Counted from the first letter of the stretch, positions 9,348 through 17,062 are shown. The stretch: DNA of 39,480 bases from Chitinophagaceae bacterium (GCA_040509055.1 JBEVLT010000352.1:1-39480), one strand, 5' to 3'. Notes: generated from the sequence alone by a model not told the origin. Translations and numbers: made by a program.

Positions 9348-9926
9348 TTATACAGGTATACGTTCCAGTGTCATTTTCAGCGCCAGGCTGAATACGGCGG
9401 CAGATAAGAAAATCACCCATTCCCGCCGGGGCACACGCAGCAGCGTCACCAGCGCATGTGTAACGAGCAGCAGGATGATCACCACCACGATCTGTCCTGC
9501 TTCCAGCCCCAGGTTGAAGCCGAACAGGCTCCAGCCGAGGTTTTGGTCCTTCGCCAGCATAAAGCGGATGGAGTTGGCAAACCCCATCCCATGCACCAGG
9601 CCGAAGAACAGTGCCAGGAAATAATTGACCCGGATAGACCGGGGTGTGAATTTTTTCTGGAACAGGTTGGAAAAGGCCGTGATGACGATGGTAACAGGGA
9701 TCAGGAATTCCACCCAGTCCGTGGAAAAGCGCAGGATGTTCAGTACGCTCAGTGCCAGGGTGAGGGAATGCCCGATGGTAAAAGCCGTCACCAGTACCAG
9801 CACCTGCTTCCAGTCTTTGAGCAGGTAAATGGCGGCCAGCGCAGCAATAAAGAGCTGGTGGTCCAGCGCATTGCTGCTGATGATATGCTCCCAGCCCAGC
9901 CCGAAATAAAATCCGAAATCTCCCAT
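9348..9926 (-). CDS. HupE/UreJ-family membrane protein (putative Ni/Co/metal transporter)
   Basis: Polytopic membrane protein with GWEHIISSNALDH, FTIGHS and GLVHGMGFA motifs. Ends 14 nt before the M1 peptidase start, so probably in the same operon. Confidence 0.72.
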   Translation of the reverse strand: MGDFGFYFGLGWEHIISSNALDHQLFIAALAAIYLLKDWKQVLVLVTAFTIGHSLTLALSVLNILRFSTDWVEFLIPVTIVITAFSNLFQKKFTPRSIRVNYFLALFFGLVHGMGFANSIRFMLAKDQNLGWSLFGFNLGLEAGQIVVVIILLLVTHALVTLLRVPRREWVIFLSAAVFSLALKMTLERIPV

Positions 9927-9970
9927 GCGTGCAGTGTGGTGATGAGACCTGCGGCCAACCGCTTGTCCCT

Positions 9971-10001
9971 TTTTGACGTCAACTTCAATAAGACGTCAAA
10001 A
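9971..10001. promoter_or_regulatory. Perfect 10-bp inverted repeat, candidate operator in a divergent promoter
   Basis: TTTTGACGTC-N11-GACGTCAAAA lies between the hupE-like gene (minus) and the DUF6702-like gene (plus). Both genes point away from it, so it cannot be a terminator. Confidence 0.4.
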
Positions 10002-10039
10002 TAATCCAGACTTTTGTAATCCTGAAAAATTTTCCGCCA

Positions 10040-10585
10040 ATGGTTGCCGGACTCAATAAATGGCTTTTTCTGATCTGCCTGCCTGCCGTTTTTTACACAG
10101 GCGCCAAACCAGTGCTTCCCGGCAGAGGGGACGCGGTGGCCGGGGCGCATCCTTTTCATGTGAGCGTGGTGGAGATCAATCACAATGCTGCTGAAAAAAC
10201 GCTCGAGATCAGCTGCAAGCTGTTTACCGACGATTTTGAAAAAGTATTGGTGCAGAACTACCGGACAAAAGTGGACCTGATCAATCCGCCGGACAGGAAA
10301 GCGATGGATACGCTGGTGAAAAAATACATTACCGCCCATTTATCCCTTTCGGCCGACGGCAAACCGGTTAGTTTTACGTACCTGGGGTTTGAGCGGGACC
10401 AGGAAGCGGTATACGGCTATGTGCAGGCCAATGGCATCCCTTCGGTCAAAAAGCTGGAGATATCGGATAAGCTGCTGCACGATTTTTTTACCGATCAGGT
10501 CAACCTGGTGCATGCGACGGTGGGCGGCAACCGTAAGAGCGCGAAACTGGACTACCCGGCGTCTGCGGCCACACTTAGCTTTTAA
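10040..10585 (+). CDS. Conserved Bacteroidota protein of unknown function (resembles the family annotated DUF6702)
   Basis: Signal or anchor sequence WLFLICLPAVFYTGA. The HPFHVSVVEINHN...LEISCKLFTDDFEKVL pattern is recalled from DUF6702-type proteins found next to M1 peptidase/HupE genes. Confidence 0.5.
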   Translation: MVAGLNKWLFLICLPAVFYTGAKPVLPGRGDAVAGAHPFHVSVVEINHNAAEKTLEISCKLFTDDFEKVLVQNYRTKVDLINPPDRKAMDTLVKKYITAHLSLSADGKPVSFTYLGFERDQEAVYGYVQANGIPSVKKLEISDKLLHDFFTDQVNLVHATVGGNRKSAKLDYPASAATLSF

Positions 10586-10662
10586 AAGTAAAAATTCAAA
10601 AGTTAAAAGGTGGCCTTAAACTGGGGCCTCAGCTTTCGGGCTTTTCATTTTGACTTGCCGCT

Positions 10663-11961
10663 TTACGCGTCTTCCATCTCCTCCCTCAATTCCTTGCTGA
10701 TCTTCACCAGTACCTTGTCGATGCGGTGGCTGTCCATGTCGATGATCTCGAACTGGAATCCTTTCCAGCTGAATTTCTCGCCGGTGAGCGGGATGCGTTC
10801 CAGGCTGTGCAGGATAAAACCGGCCAGGGTGTCGAAATCGTGTTCGCCCTCATTCATCCATTCGGTTTTTTCAAAACGGGTCAGGAAGTCGTAGAAAGGG
10901 ATCTGTGCATCCACGAGGAAGGAACCGTCCTCTCGTTCGATGATTTCGTAATCGGCCATGTCGGGCTGGGGAATATCGCCCACGATGGCTTCCAGGAGGT
11001 CGTTGAGCGTGATCATGCCCAGTACGCTGCCGTACTCGTCCACGATAAAGCAGGAATGCGTTTTGGACTGCTTGAACTTTTCCAGCACCTGGTAGGGTGA
11101 GTTGTTCTCGGGTATGAAAAGAGCAGGCTGCATGATATCCCTGAACAGCTGGTGATCGGGCGATATGTACAGGTCCTTGATGGACACGACGCCTTTGATA
11201 TTGTCTACTTCACCGTCGCAGATCGGGTATACGGAATGCGGCTCGCGCAGGATCTTTTCCTTGATCTTTTCTTCGTTTTCGTTAGGGTTGAACCAGATGA
11301 TATCGCTGCGGTGTGTCATCAGCGAAGTGATGTTCCGGTCGCCCAGGTGAAAGACGCGTTCGATGATCTGCTGCTCGGCTTCGTCGATGGTGCCGGCCTC
11401 GGTGCCCTCGGTGATCAGGGTTTTGATCTCTTCCTCCGTCACCGCATCGTCTTTCATCCGTTTGATATTGAACAGGGTAAAAAAGAAATTGCTCACCTTG
11501 TTCAGCAGCCACACGATGGGGTGGGTGATGCGGGCAAAGACATTCATCGGTGTGGCTACCAGTTTGGCGATCTTTTCAGCCTGCAGCAGCCCGATCCGTT
11601 TGGGGATCAGTTCGCCGAAGATGATGGACAGCAGCGTGACCAGAATGACGATAATGATCGTGGCAACGGTATCGGCATAGGCCGTCAGGAAAGATATTTT
11701 GGCAATGGTTGGTTCCAGTTGTTCGCTGAAACGTTCGCCGGAGTACACACCCGTCAGGATGGAGATCAGGGTGATGCCGATCTGGGCGGCCGACAGGAAT
11801 ATCTCGGGGTTTTGCGAAAGCTCCAGTGCATTCCTGGCGCTGATGTCTCCCTTTTCCGCCTGGCTTTCCAGCTTCGATTTGCGGGCAGAAACCAGGGCGA
11901 TCTCTGACATGGTAAATAATCCGTTGAGTAAAATGAGAAGGGCCAGTATGAATATTTCCAT
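10663..11961 (-). CDS. CNNM/DUF21-CBS-CorC_HlyC hemolysin-family membrane protein
   Basis: N-terminal DUF21 pattern (LLLNGLFTMSEIALVSARKSKL), a central CBS pair and a C-terminal CorC_HlyC-like region. Its start overlaps the PAP2 stop (TGATG). Confidence 0.85.
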   Translation of the reverse strand: MEIFILALLILLNGLFTMSEIALVSARKSKLESQAEKGDISARNALELSQNPEIFLSAAQIGITLISILTGVYSGERFSEQLEPTIAKISFLTAYADTVATIIIVILVTLLSIIFGELIPKRIGLLQAEKIAKLVATPMNVFARITHPIVWLLNKVSNFFFTLFNIKRMKDDAVTEEEIKTLITEGTEAGTIDEAEQQIIERVFHLGDRNITSLMTHRSDIIWFNPNENEEKIKEKILREPHSVYPICDGEVDNIKGVVSIKDLYISPDHQLFRDIMQPALFIPENNSPYQVLEKFKQSKTHSCFIVDEYGSVLGMITLNDLLEAIVGDIPQPDMADYEIIEREDGSFLVDAQIPFYDFLTRFEKTEWMNEGEHDFDTLAGFILHSLERIPLTGEKFSWKGFQFEIIDMDSHRIDKVLVKISKELREEMEDA

Positions 11962-12581
11962 CAGGGCGACATAATTGGTTGGTTACCGAAGATAGCAAAT
12001 CCGAAGCGCTTATTGAATACCCGGCCGGTGATTGTACCTAAAATTAATCCAACGATAGCGCCGGCCAGCACATCCAGCGGGTAATGGACCCCTACGTATA
12101 CCTGTGCATACACGATCAGCGTGGCCCAGACAAAACCGGCAGCAGCCCATTTGCCGAGTACCGGTTTCAGGGTGATATAGAAAAAAGCAGCCAGCCCGAA
12201 ATGGTTGGCGGCATGGTTGGAAATAAAGCTGAAGCCGCCGGAGCAATAATCTACCAGCAGCCGCACCTGCTGCCGGAAATCGGGATCGCTGCAGGGGCGC
12301 AGCCGTTCGAACTGGTGTTTGAAAAGCTGGGTGCCGGTCATGTCGGTCAGCGCAGCCGTGACCAGGAAAAACACACACCACCAGATGCCGGTGCGCTTAA
12401 AATTCAGCAGGGCAAATACTCCGAGGAACAGGTAGAGCGGCGCCCAGTTCTTCCCGTTCCGCATAAAGGGCATGATACTGTCGAATACAGGATTGGTCCA
12501 GTCATTGTTCAGTTTGATGAACAGCCACTGGTCTGCTTGTTCCAGGGTTTGCCAGAAGGTCAGTTGCAGCAGGAAAACCAT
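11961..12581 (-). CDS. PAP2-family phosphatase
   Basis: PAP2 motifs RLRP...SFISNHA...YVGVHYPLDV. Shares 1 nt with the downstream CNNM gene. Confidence 0.8.
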   Translation of the reverse strand: MVFLLQLTFWQTLEQADQWLFIKLNNDWTNPVFDSIMPFMRNGKNWAPLYLFLGVFALLNFKRTGIWWCVFFLVTAALTDMTGTQLFKHQFERLRPCSDPDFRQQVRLLVDYCSGGFSFISNHAANHFGLAAFFYITLKPVLGKWAAAGFVWATLIVYAQVYVGVHYPLDVLAGAIVGLILGTITGRVFNKRFGFAIFGNQPIMSP

Positions 12582-12586
12582 AGCTC

Positions 12587-12594
12587 CAAAAATA
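12587..12594 (-). promoter_or_regulatory. -7 promoter box (TAnnTTTG) for the PAP2-CNNM operon
   Basis: Exact TATTTTTG on the minus strand lies only 5 nt upstream of ATG 12581. This implies a leaderless or near-leaderless mRNA if the box is functional. Confidence 0.3.
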
Positions 12595-12697
12595 CCGATT
12601 GCCCGGATAACCGGCCGCCAATAAAGAATTATATTGCAGCGATGACGGAATTTTTTTCTTTTGCAGGTTGTTCACCCGGTAAAGGTTTTCTGGTTGC

Positions 12698-14668
12698 ATG
12701 CTGATACGGTACAAAATACCCAAGACGATCCTGTGGATCGTCAACCTGTTCCTGATCTTTTTGCTGATCTTCACCCTGTTCAGGCTGGCCACGTACCTGG
12801 CATTCAGGCCGCGCGACTATTCGTTGGGTGAGCTGCTTCCTTCTTTCCTGATGGGCGTGCGGTACGATCTGCGGTGGATATCCATTATCCTGCTGCCGGT
12901 AGTGCTCATCAGTCTTACGCCGCGGCTGTCGCCGTTCTACTCCCCGCGAAATAAAAAGTGGTGGACCTGGTACCTGGCGGTGATTACGTTTATCGTTTTT
13001 TTCTTCTTTGCCGCCGACTTTGGCAGTTTTTCTTACAACCAGACGCGGCTGGATGCGGGGGCCATGAATTTTGTGGAAGACCCGGGTACATCCTGGCGCA
13101 TGATGTGGCAGACCTACCCGATGATCTGGATGATCCTCGGTCTGCTGGTGGCGGTATGGTTCTTCCGCTGGATGTACCACAAAAGCCACTGGCGCGTGAT
13201 TGCACAGACCGACGGGCTGGGCATCCCCTACCGCAGGAAGTTCTTTATAGTGTCAGCCCTGGTGCTGGGGCTTTTTATATACGGCAGCCTGTCCTGGCCG
13301 CCGCTCACCCGCAACGATAGTTTCCGCTTCAGGGATGGGTTTAAATCTTTCCTGGCCATCAACCCGCTGCAGAATTTCTTTACCACGCTGCGGTTTCGCC
13401 GGCCGGAGTACAACGAGCAGAAGGCAAAAGCCGCGTTCCCGCTGGTCAGGGAATGGCTGCAATGGCCGGCGGCCGGTAGTTTTTCCTACCGCCGTACCAT
13501 CGCACCCGGCAGCAAGGCCCTGGAGAGCCGCCCCAATATCGTACTGGTGATGTGCGAGTCGTTCAGCATGTACAAAAGCACCATGAGCGGCAACCCGCTC
13601 AACACCACCCCGTTCTTCGATTCGCTTTGCCGGCAGGGTATCTTTTTCGAACGGTGTTTTTCCCCGCATTTCTCCACGGCCAGGGGCCTGTTTGCTATCC
13701 TTACCGGTATTCCCGATGCGCAGATGTTCCGCTTTTCCACCCGCAACCCCGAAGCCCTGTCGCAGCATACCATCGTCAACAGCTTCGAAGGGTATAATAA
13801 GCACTACTTCCTGGGCGGTAATCCCGAATTCAACAACTTCAAAGGGCTGCTCGGTAATATCGACGACCTGCAGATGCATACCGAGGGCAGCTTTGCCTCG
13901 CCGCGGATCAATGTATGGGGCATCAGCGACAAGGATCTTTTCCTGGAGGCCAATGCCGTGTTCCGGAAAGAGATCCGCCCGTTCTTCGCCATTGTGCAGA
14001 CATCGGATAATCACCGTCCGTACATGATCCCTCCGCAGGATACGGATTTCAGGCGCCTGACCCTGACCGACGAAGAATTACAGCAATACGGGTTTGAGTC
14101 GCTGGATGAGTACAATACATTCCGCTATTCTGATTATTGCTTCCGCAAGTTTATACAGGCTGCAGAGAAGGAGCCCTATTTTCATAACACGATTTTTGTG
14201 TTTATCGGCGACCACGGCGTAGCGGGCAATGCCGCCGCCATCTATCCTGCTGCCTGGACGGAGCACCGGCTTACCGACGAGCATGTGCCCCTGTTGTTTT
14301 ATGCGCCCTACCTGCTGCAGCCGCAAAAGCGCAGCGAAGTGGTATCGCAGATCGATGTGTTGCCCACAATAGCCGGGATGGTGCAGCAACCGTATGTGAA
14401 TACGACCCTGGGCAGGGACCTGCTGGACCCGGCCAAGAAAAACAATTTTGCTTTTGTTACCAATACGGCCGGCCGCATCGGTATGGTCACCGACGACTTT
14501 TATTTTACCACCCATCTCAACTTTCCCGATGAGCAGATGGTGCCGGTGCGCTACAGCAGCCGTGCTTACACCCGGGCGGAGCGCGACTCCATACAGAAAA
14601 CACTATCCGTGTTTACCACTGCTTTCTTCGAAACGGCGAAGTATATGCTGATGCACAATAAGAAATAG
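12698..14668 (+). CDS. LTA-synthase / sulfatase-fold membrane transferase (phosphoglycerol- or phosphoethanolamine-transferase-like)
   Basis: N-terminal multi-TM region followed by a sulfatase-type domain (VLVMCESFS, SDNHRPY, FIGDHG). Confidence 0.8.
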   Translation: MLIRYKIPKTILWIVNLFLIFLLIFTLFRLATYLAFRPRDYSLGELLPSFLMGVRYDLRWISIILLPVVLISLTPRLSPFYSPRNKKWWTWYLAVITFIVFFFFAADFGSFSYNQTRLDAGAMNFVEDPGTSWRMMWQTYPMIWMILGLLVAVWFFRWMYHKSHWRVIAQTDGLGIPYRRKFFIVSALVLGLFIYGSLSWPPLTRNDSFRFRDGFKSFLAINPLQNFFTTLRFRRPEYNEQKAKAAFPLVREWLQWPAAGSFSYRRTIAPGSKALESRPNIVLVMCESFSMYKSTMSGNPLNTTPFFDSLCRQGIFFERCFSPHFSTARGLFAILTGIPDAQMFRFSTRNPEALSQHTIVNSFEGYNKHYFLGGNPEFNNFKGLLGNIDDLQMHTEGSFASPRINVWGISDKDLFLEANAVFRKEIRPFFAIVQTSDNHRPYMIPPQDTDFRRLTLTDEELQQYGFESLDEYNTFRYSDYCFRKFIQAAEKEPYFHNTIFVFIGDHGVAGNAAAIYPAAWTEHRLTDEHVPLLFYAPYLLQPQKRSEVVSQIDVLPTIAGMVQQPYVNTTLGRDLLDPAKKNNFAFVTNTAGRIGMVTDDFYFTTHLNFPDEQMVPVRYSSRAYTRAERDSIQKTLSVFTTAFFETAKYMLMHNKK

Positions 14669-14696
14669 TTTGAGGTTGATTAACGATGGGGTGAGG

Positions 14697-14910
14697 CGGG
14701 TTTACTGGTTTGAACATGTTCCATGCAGGTTCGGGGTTTGAGGTTTGATGTTCGGCGTGGCGTCATCGTACCTTCGATACAGGTCAGCTGCAGAACGATC
14801 AGGTTGGATCAGCCTGATAAGCATTCAACATCAAACCTCTAACCCGTACGTAAGACTGTTTGAAATAAATAATGCATGCCCATGCCTGAAGGAACCCGAA
14901 CCTCAAACGT
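14697..14910. repeat. Copy A of a ~210-bp non-coding direct repeat with an internal long-range inverted motif
   Basis: Hand alignment to 16032-16235. The first 45 nt are identical. Internal arms at 14729-14755 and 14824-14849 are complementary (13 contiguous bp, GAGGTTTGATGTT / AACATCAAACCTC). Confidence 0.85.
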
Positions 14911-14964
14911 AATTTGAGACTGCTACAGTCAAAAAAGGAAAACTTCAACAAAGTACCCCAACCT

Positions 14965-15930
14965 TTACTCAGCAGTGATCTCTATGCTATTGCCTTTTTC
15001 AGCAGAATAGGGTCGTATGGCCGGTAATAATCTTGTCTCATCAATCCCTTCCTCGTCTATCAGGTACTTTATTACGGCAGACTGGCGTTTTTTTGCGATC
15101 AGGCTGGCCTTGCTATTTTGGGGATAAGCGACAACATTTACGATTGTTTCCGGATTGTTTCTCAGTGTTGCGGCTGTTTCCGCCAGTGTCTTGCGGATGG
15201 CTTCGCTTAGGGTGGTGCTGGTTTTGGTAAAGCTGATGGTTATGGCAGGGAAATTCGGGTCGAAACTAATAATTCCCATAGCAGAGCAGGGCCCGCAATA
15301 GGGGGGATAAAGCATAATGTTGTAATCGGTGGATTGCATCACAGGATGATAGCTACGGACACTCCCTGGCAGGCCTGTGTACTGAACAGAGAATATGAAT
15401 GACTTGCCTGCAAGGTTGTCTGGTATCTCAAAAGAAAATTTCCCATCCTTGTCCGTATATGCTATTATTGTTTCTCCAATCCTGATCTCTGCATGTTCAA
15501 GCGCGCTATCCTTGTTATTACGCACTATCCCACTGATAATAAATTTGTTGCCGGTGTCAACATCCTGTTGTTTAGGATCGGGTTGCTGCACCGCGACCCT
15601 GTATTCATGCCGTGTGCCTGTAGCTCCTGAATATTTCATGGTGAGGAAGGCAAATGCCGTCAGCGCAGCCTTATAGACGTTTTTCCATGCAAACGATTTC
15701 CGGCTTGGCGGCACGATGGCTTTATTCAGCTGGCTGGTATGAAAGCGGCCGCAGGGAATCTCCCTGGCAGAACGCAGGTAGTGATACAGCTCCGTATCGC
15801 TTAAATAAGAAAAATCGATCACCGTTTTCCTGCAGTTTCCGCAGAAGCGTCCCTTTTCATGCTGTTCCATCTTCTCCCAGCTTTCATGGCAGGGTTTAGG
15901 AATCGTGATCTTCAGCGGGGTGTGTTTCAT
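14965..15930 (-). CDS. Membrane protein: N-terminal Cys-rich Zn-ribbon-like motif, TM segment, carboxypeptidase-regulatory-like domain, degenerate OmpA_C-like domain
   Basis: Start placed at MKHTPLKITIPKPCHESWEKM...FCGNCRKTVIDFS (ATG 15930). Also ISGIVRNN...TDKDGKFSFEIP (CarboxypepD_reg pattern) and a C-terminal F..S..L...L..NP...V.V..Y....R..AV..YL...GI...RL pattern. The ORF-track start at 16059 lies inside repeat copy B. Confidence 0.6.
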   Translation of the reverse strand: MKHTPLKITIPKPCHESWEKMEQHEKGRFCGNCRKTVIDFSYLSDTELYHYLRSAREIPCGRFHTSQLNKAIVPPSRKSFAWKNVYKAALTAFAFLTMKYSGATGTRHEYRVAVQQPDPKQQDVDTGNKFIISGIVRNNKDSALEHAEIRIGETIIAYTDKDGKFSFEIPDNLAGKSFIFSVQYTGLPGSVRSYHPVMQSTDYNIMLYPPYCGPCSAMGIISFDPNFPAITISFTKTSTTLSEAIRKTLAETAATLRNNPETIVNVVAYPQNSKASLIAKKRQSAVIKYLIDEEGIDETRLLPAIRPYSAEKGNSIEITAE

Positions 15931-16031
15931 GAGCCGGTGTTTGTTGTGAGGTAAACGTTTTTTAGATGTCAGATTCCTTTCAAGAGGGTTTGGATGTTCG
16001 GAGTTCGACGTTGGGGGAACTATTGTAGTAT

Positions 16032-16235
16032 CGGGTTTACTGGTTTGAACATGTTCCATGCAGGTTCGGGGTTTGATGTTCGGCGTGGCATCATCGTACC
16101 TTCGACAGGTCAGCTGCAGAGCGATCAGGTTGGGTCAGCCCGGTAAACATCCAACATCAACCCTCCGACCCGTACGTAAGACTACTGCAAATATGTAACG
16201 CATAGCCAGCCTGAAGTGTTCCGGACATCAAACAT
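16032..16235. repeat. Copy B of the ~210-bp non-coding direct repeat
   Basis: Core 16032-16183 aligns to 14697-14857 with 142 of 152 aligned positions identical, plus a 7-nt and a 2-nt indel (hand alignment). The tail is more diverged. It abuts the methyltransferase stop codon. Confidence 0.85.
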
Positions 16236-17041
16236 CAGGTAAGCGCATCGGTCGTTCTTCCATCACTGTACAGCCGTTTTTCCTTGTCCTCCGGGTGGTG
16301 GGTCCTTTTTTTCGCAATGACGATCAGCCGCGGCGTTTTGCGGATATCGTAGGCGCCCAGCTGGTAGTCGCCAAAGACTTGCTGCACCTGCAGCGACTGG
16401 AAGCTGAGCATATCGGTAAAGTCGCCCAGCGAGAATTTGGCCAGTTGTTCGGTAACGGTGTACGGATCGGGCAGCGTGGGATCGGCAATCTTGATCTTTT
16501 TGTAAAAATGGGTTTCATCGTGCCAGCGCCGGATGTCGTAGCGGGTAGCGCCAATCTCTTTCACTTCATCCGGTACCAGGTGGTCTTCGGCAAAATGGGG
16601 GTTCAGGTAATCAAATACCACGATGCCGCCGGGCTTCAGGCTGCCGGCAATGGTACGCATGGCATCGTCGTGCTCCCGACGGGTCCTGAAATAGCCGAAG
16701 CCGGTAAACAGGTTGAAGGCATAGTCGAAGTAATTGACCCAGAAAGGCAGGCGGATGTCGTGGATAAAGAACTGGATATTATCCGGGCCGGCTTGTTGGG
16801 CATGGGCAATGTTGTCAGGTGCCAGGTCGACGCCGGTTACTTCCAGCCCGTACCCGGCCAGCATGCGGCTATGGCGGCCCCGGCCGCAGGCAATATCCAC
16901 CACCAGGCTGCCGGGCTGTGGTTGTAAATGCTGTACCAGCCGGTCGATAAACAGGCGGGCTTCTTCTTCATTCCGCTCGAAATAAAGCTGGTGATAGAAA
17001 GGCGAATTGAACCATGCTTGGTACCAGGCCGTGTCGGTCAT
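16235..17041 (-). CDS. Class I SAM-dependent methyltransferase
   Basis: Motif I VVDIACGRGRHSRML, followed by VTGVDL and GGIVVFDY. Confidence 0.85.
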   Translation of the reverse strand: MTDTAWYQAWFNSPFYHQLYFERNEEEARLFIDRLVQHLQPQPGSLVVDIACGRGRHSRMLAGYGLEVTGVDLAPDNIAHAQQAGPDNIQFFIHDIRLPFWVNYFDYAFNLFTGFGYFRTRREHDDAMRTIAGSLKPGGIVVFDYLNPHFAEDHLVPDEVKEIGATRYDIRRWHDETHFYKKIKIADPTLPDPYTVTEQLAKFSLGDFTDMLSFQSLQVQQVFGDYQLGAYDIRKTPRLIVIAKKRTHHPEDKEKRLYSDGRTTDALT

Positions 17042-17054
17042 AAATTTCTTTCAG

Positions 17055-17062
17055 CAAATGTA
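17055..17062 (-). promoter_or_regulatory. -7 promoter box (TAnnTTTG) for the methyltransferase gene
   Basis: Exact TACATTTG on the minus strand, 13 nt upstream of ATG 17041. Confidence 0.4.

Noticed and set aside
15931-16059. N-terminal extensions offered by the ORF track. Examples are 16059 for the Zn-ribbon gene, 691 for the OMP, 9420 for the M1 peptidase, 24689 for PspC, 24339 for aconitase, 1420 for pyrB, 4803 for the HMA gene, 34149, 36534 and 37746.
   Set aside because: In each case an internal Met gives a canonical signal peptide or a family-typical N-terminus, whereas the extension overlaps a neighbouring gene, a promoter or the non-coding repeat. The first nine codons of the 16059 version are part of repeat copy B, and in copy A the same nine codons are followed by a stop after five more.
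14697-16235. Reading the repeats as integron attC sites flanking gene cassettes (ORF-attC-ORF-attC).
   Set aside because: The size (~120 bp between the outer arms) and the imperfect inverted arms are reminiscent of attC. However, the arms do not match the R''/R' core sites (RYYYAAC / GTTRRRY): copy A gives CTCTAAC / GTTAGAG and copy B is worse. No intI integrase or attI is present in the window. I keep this only as an analogy within the main finding.
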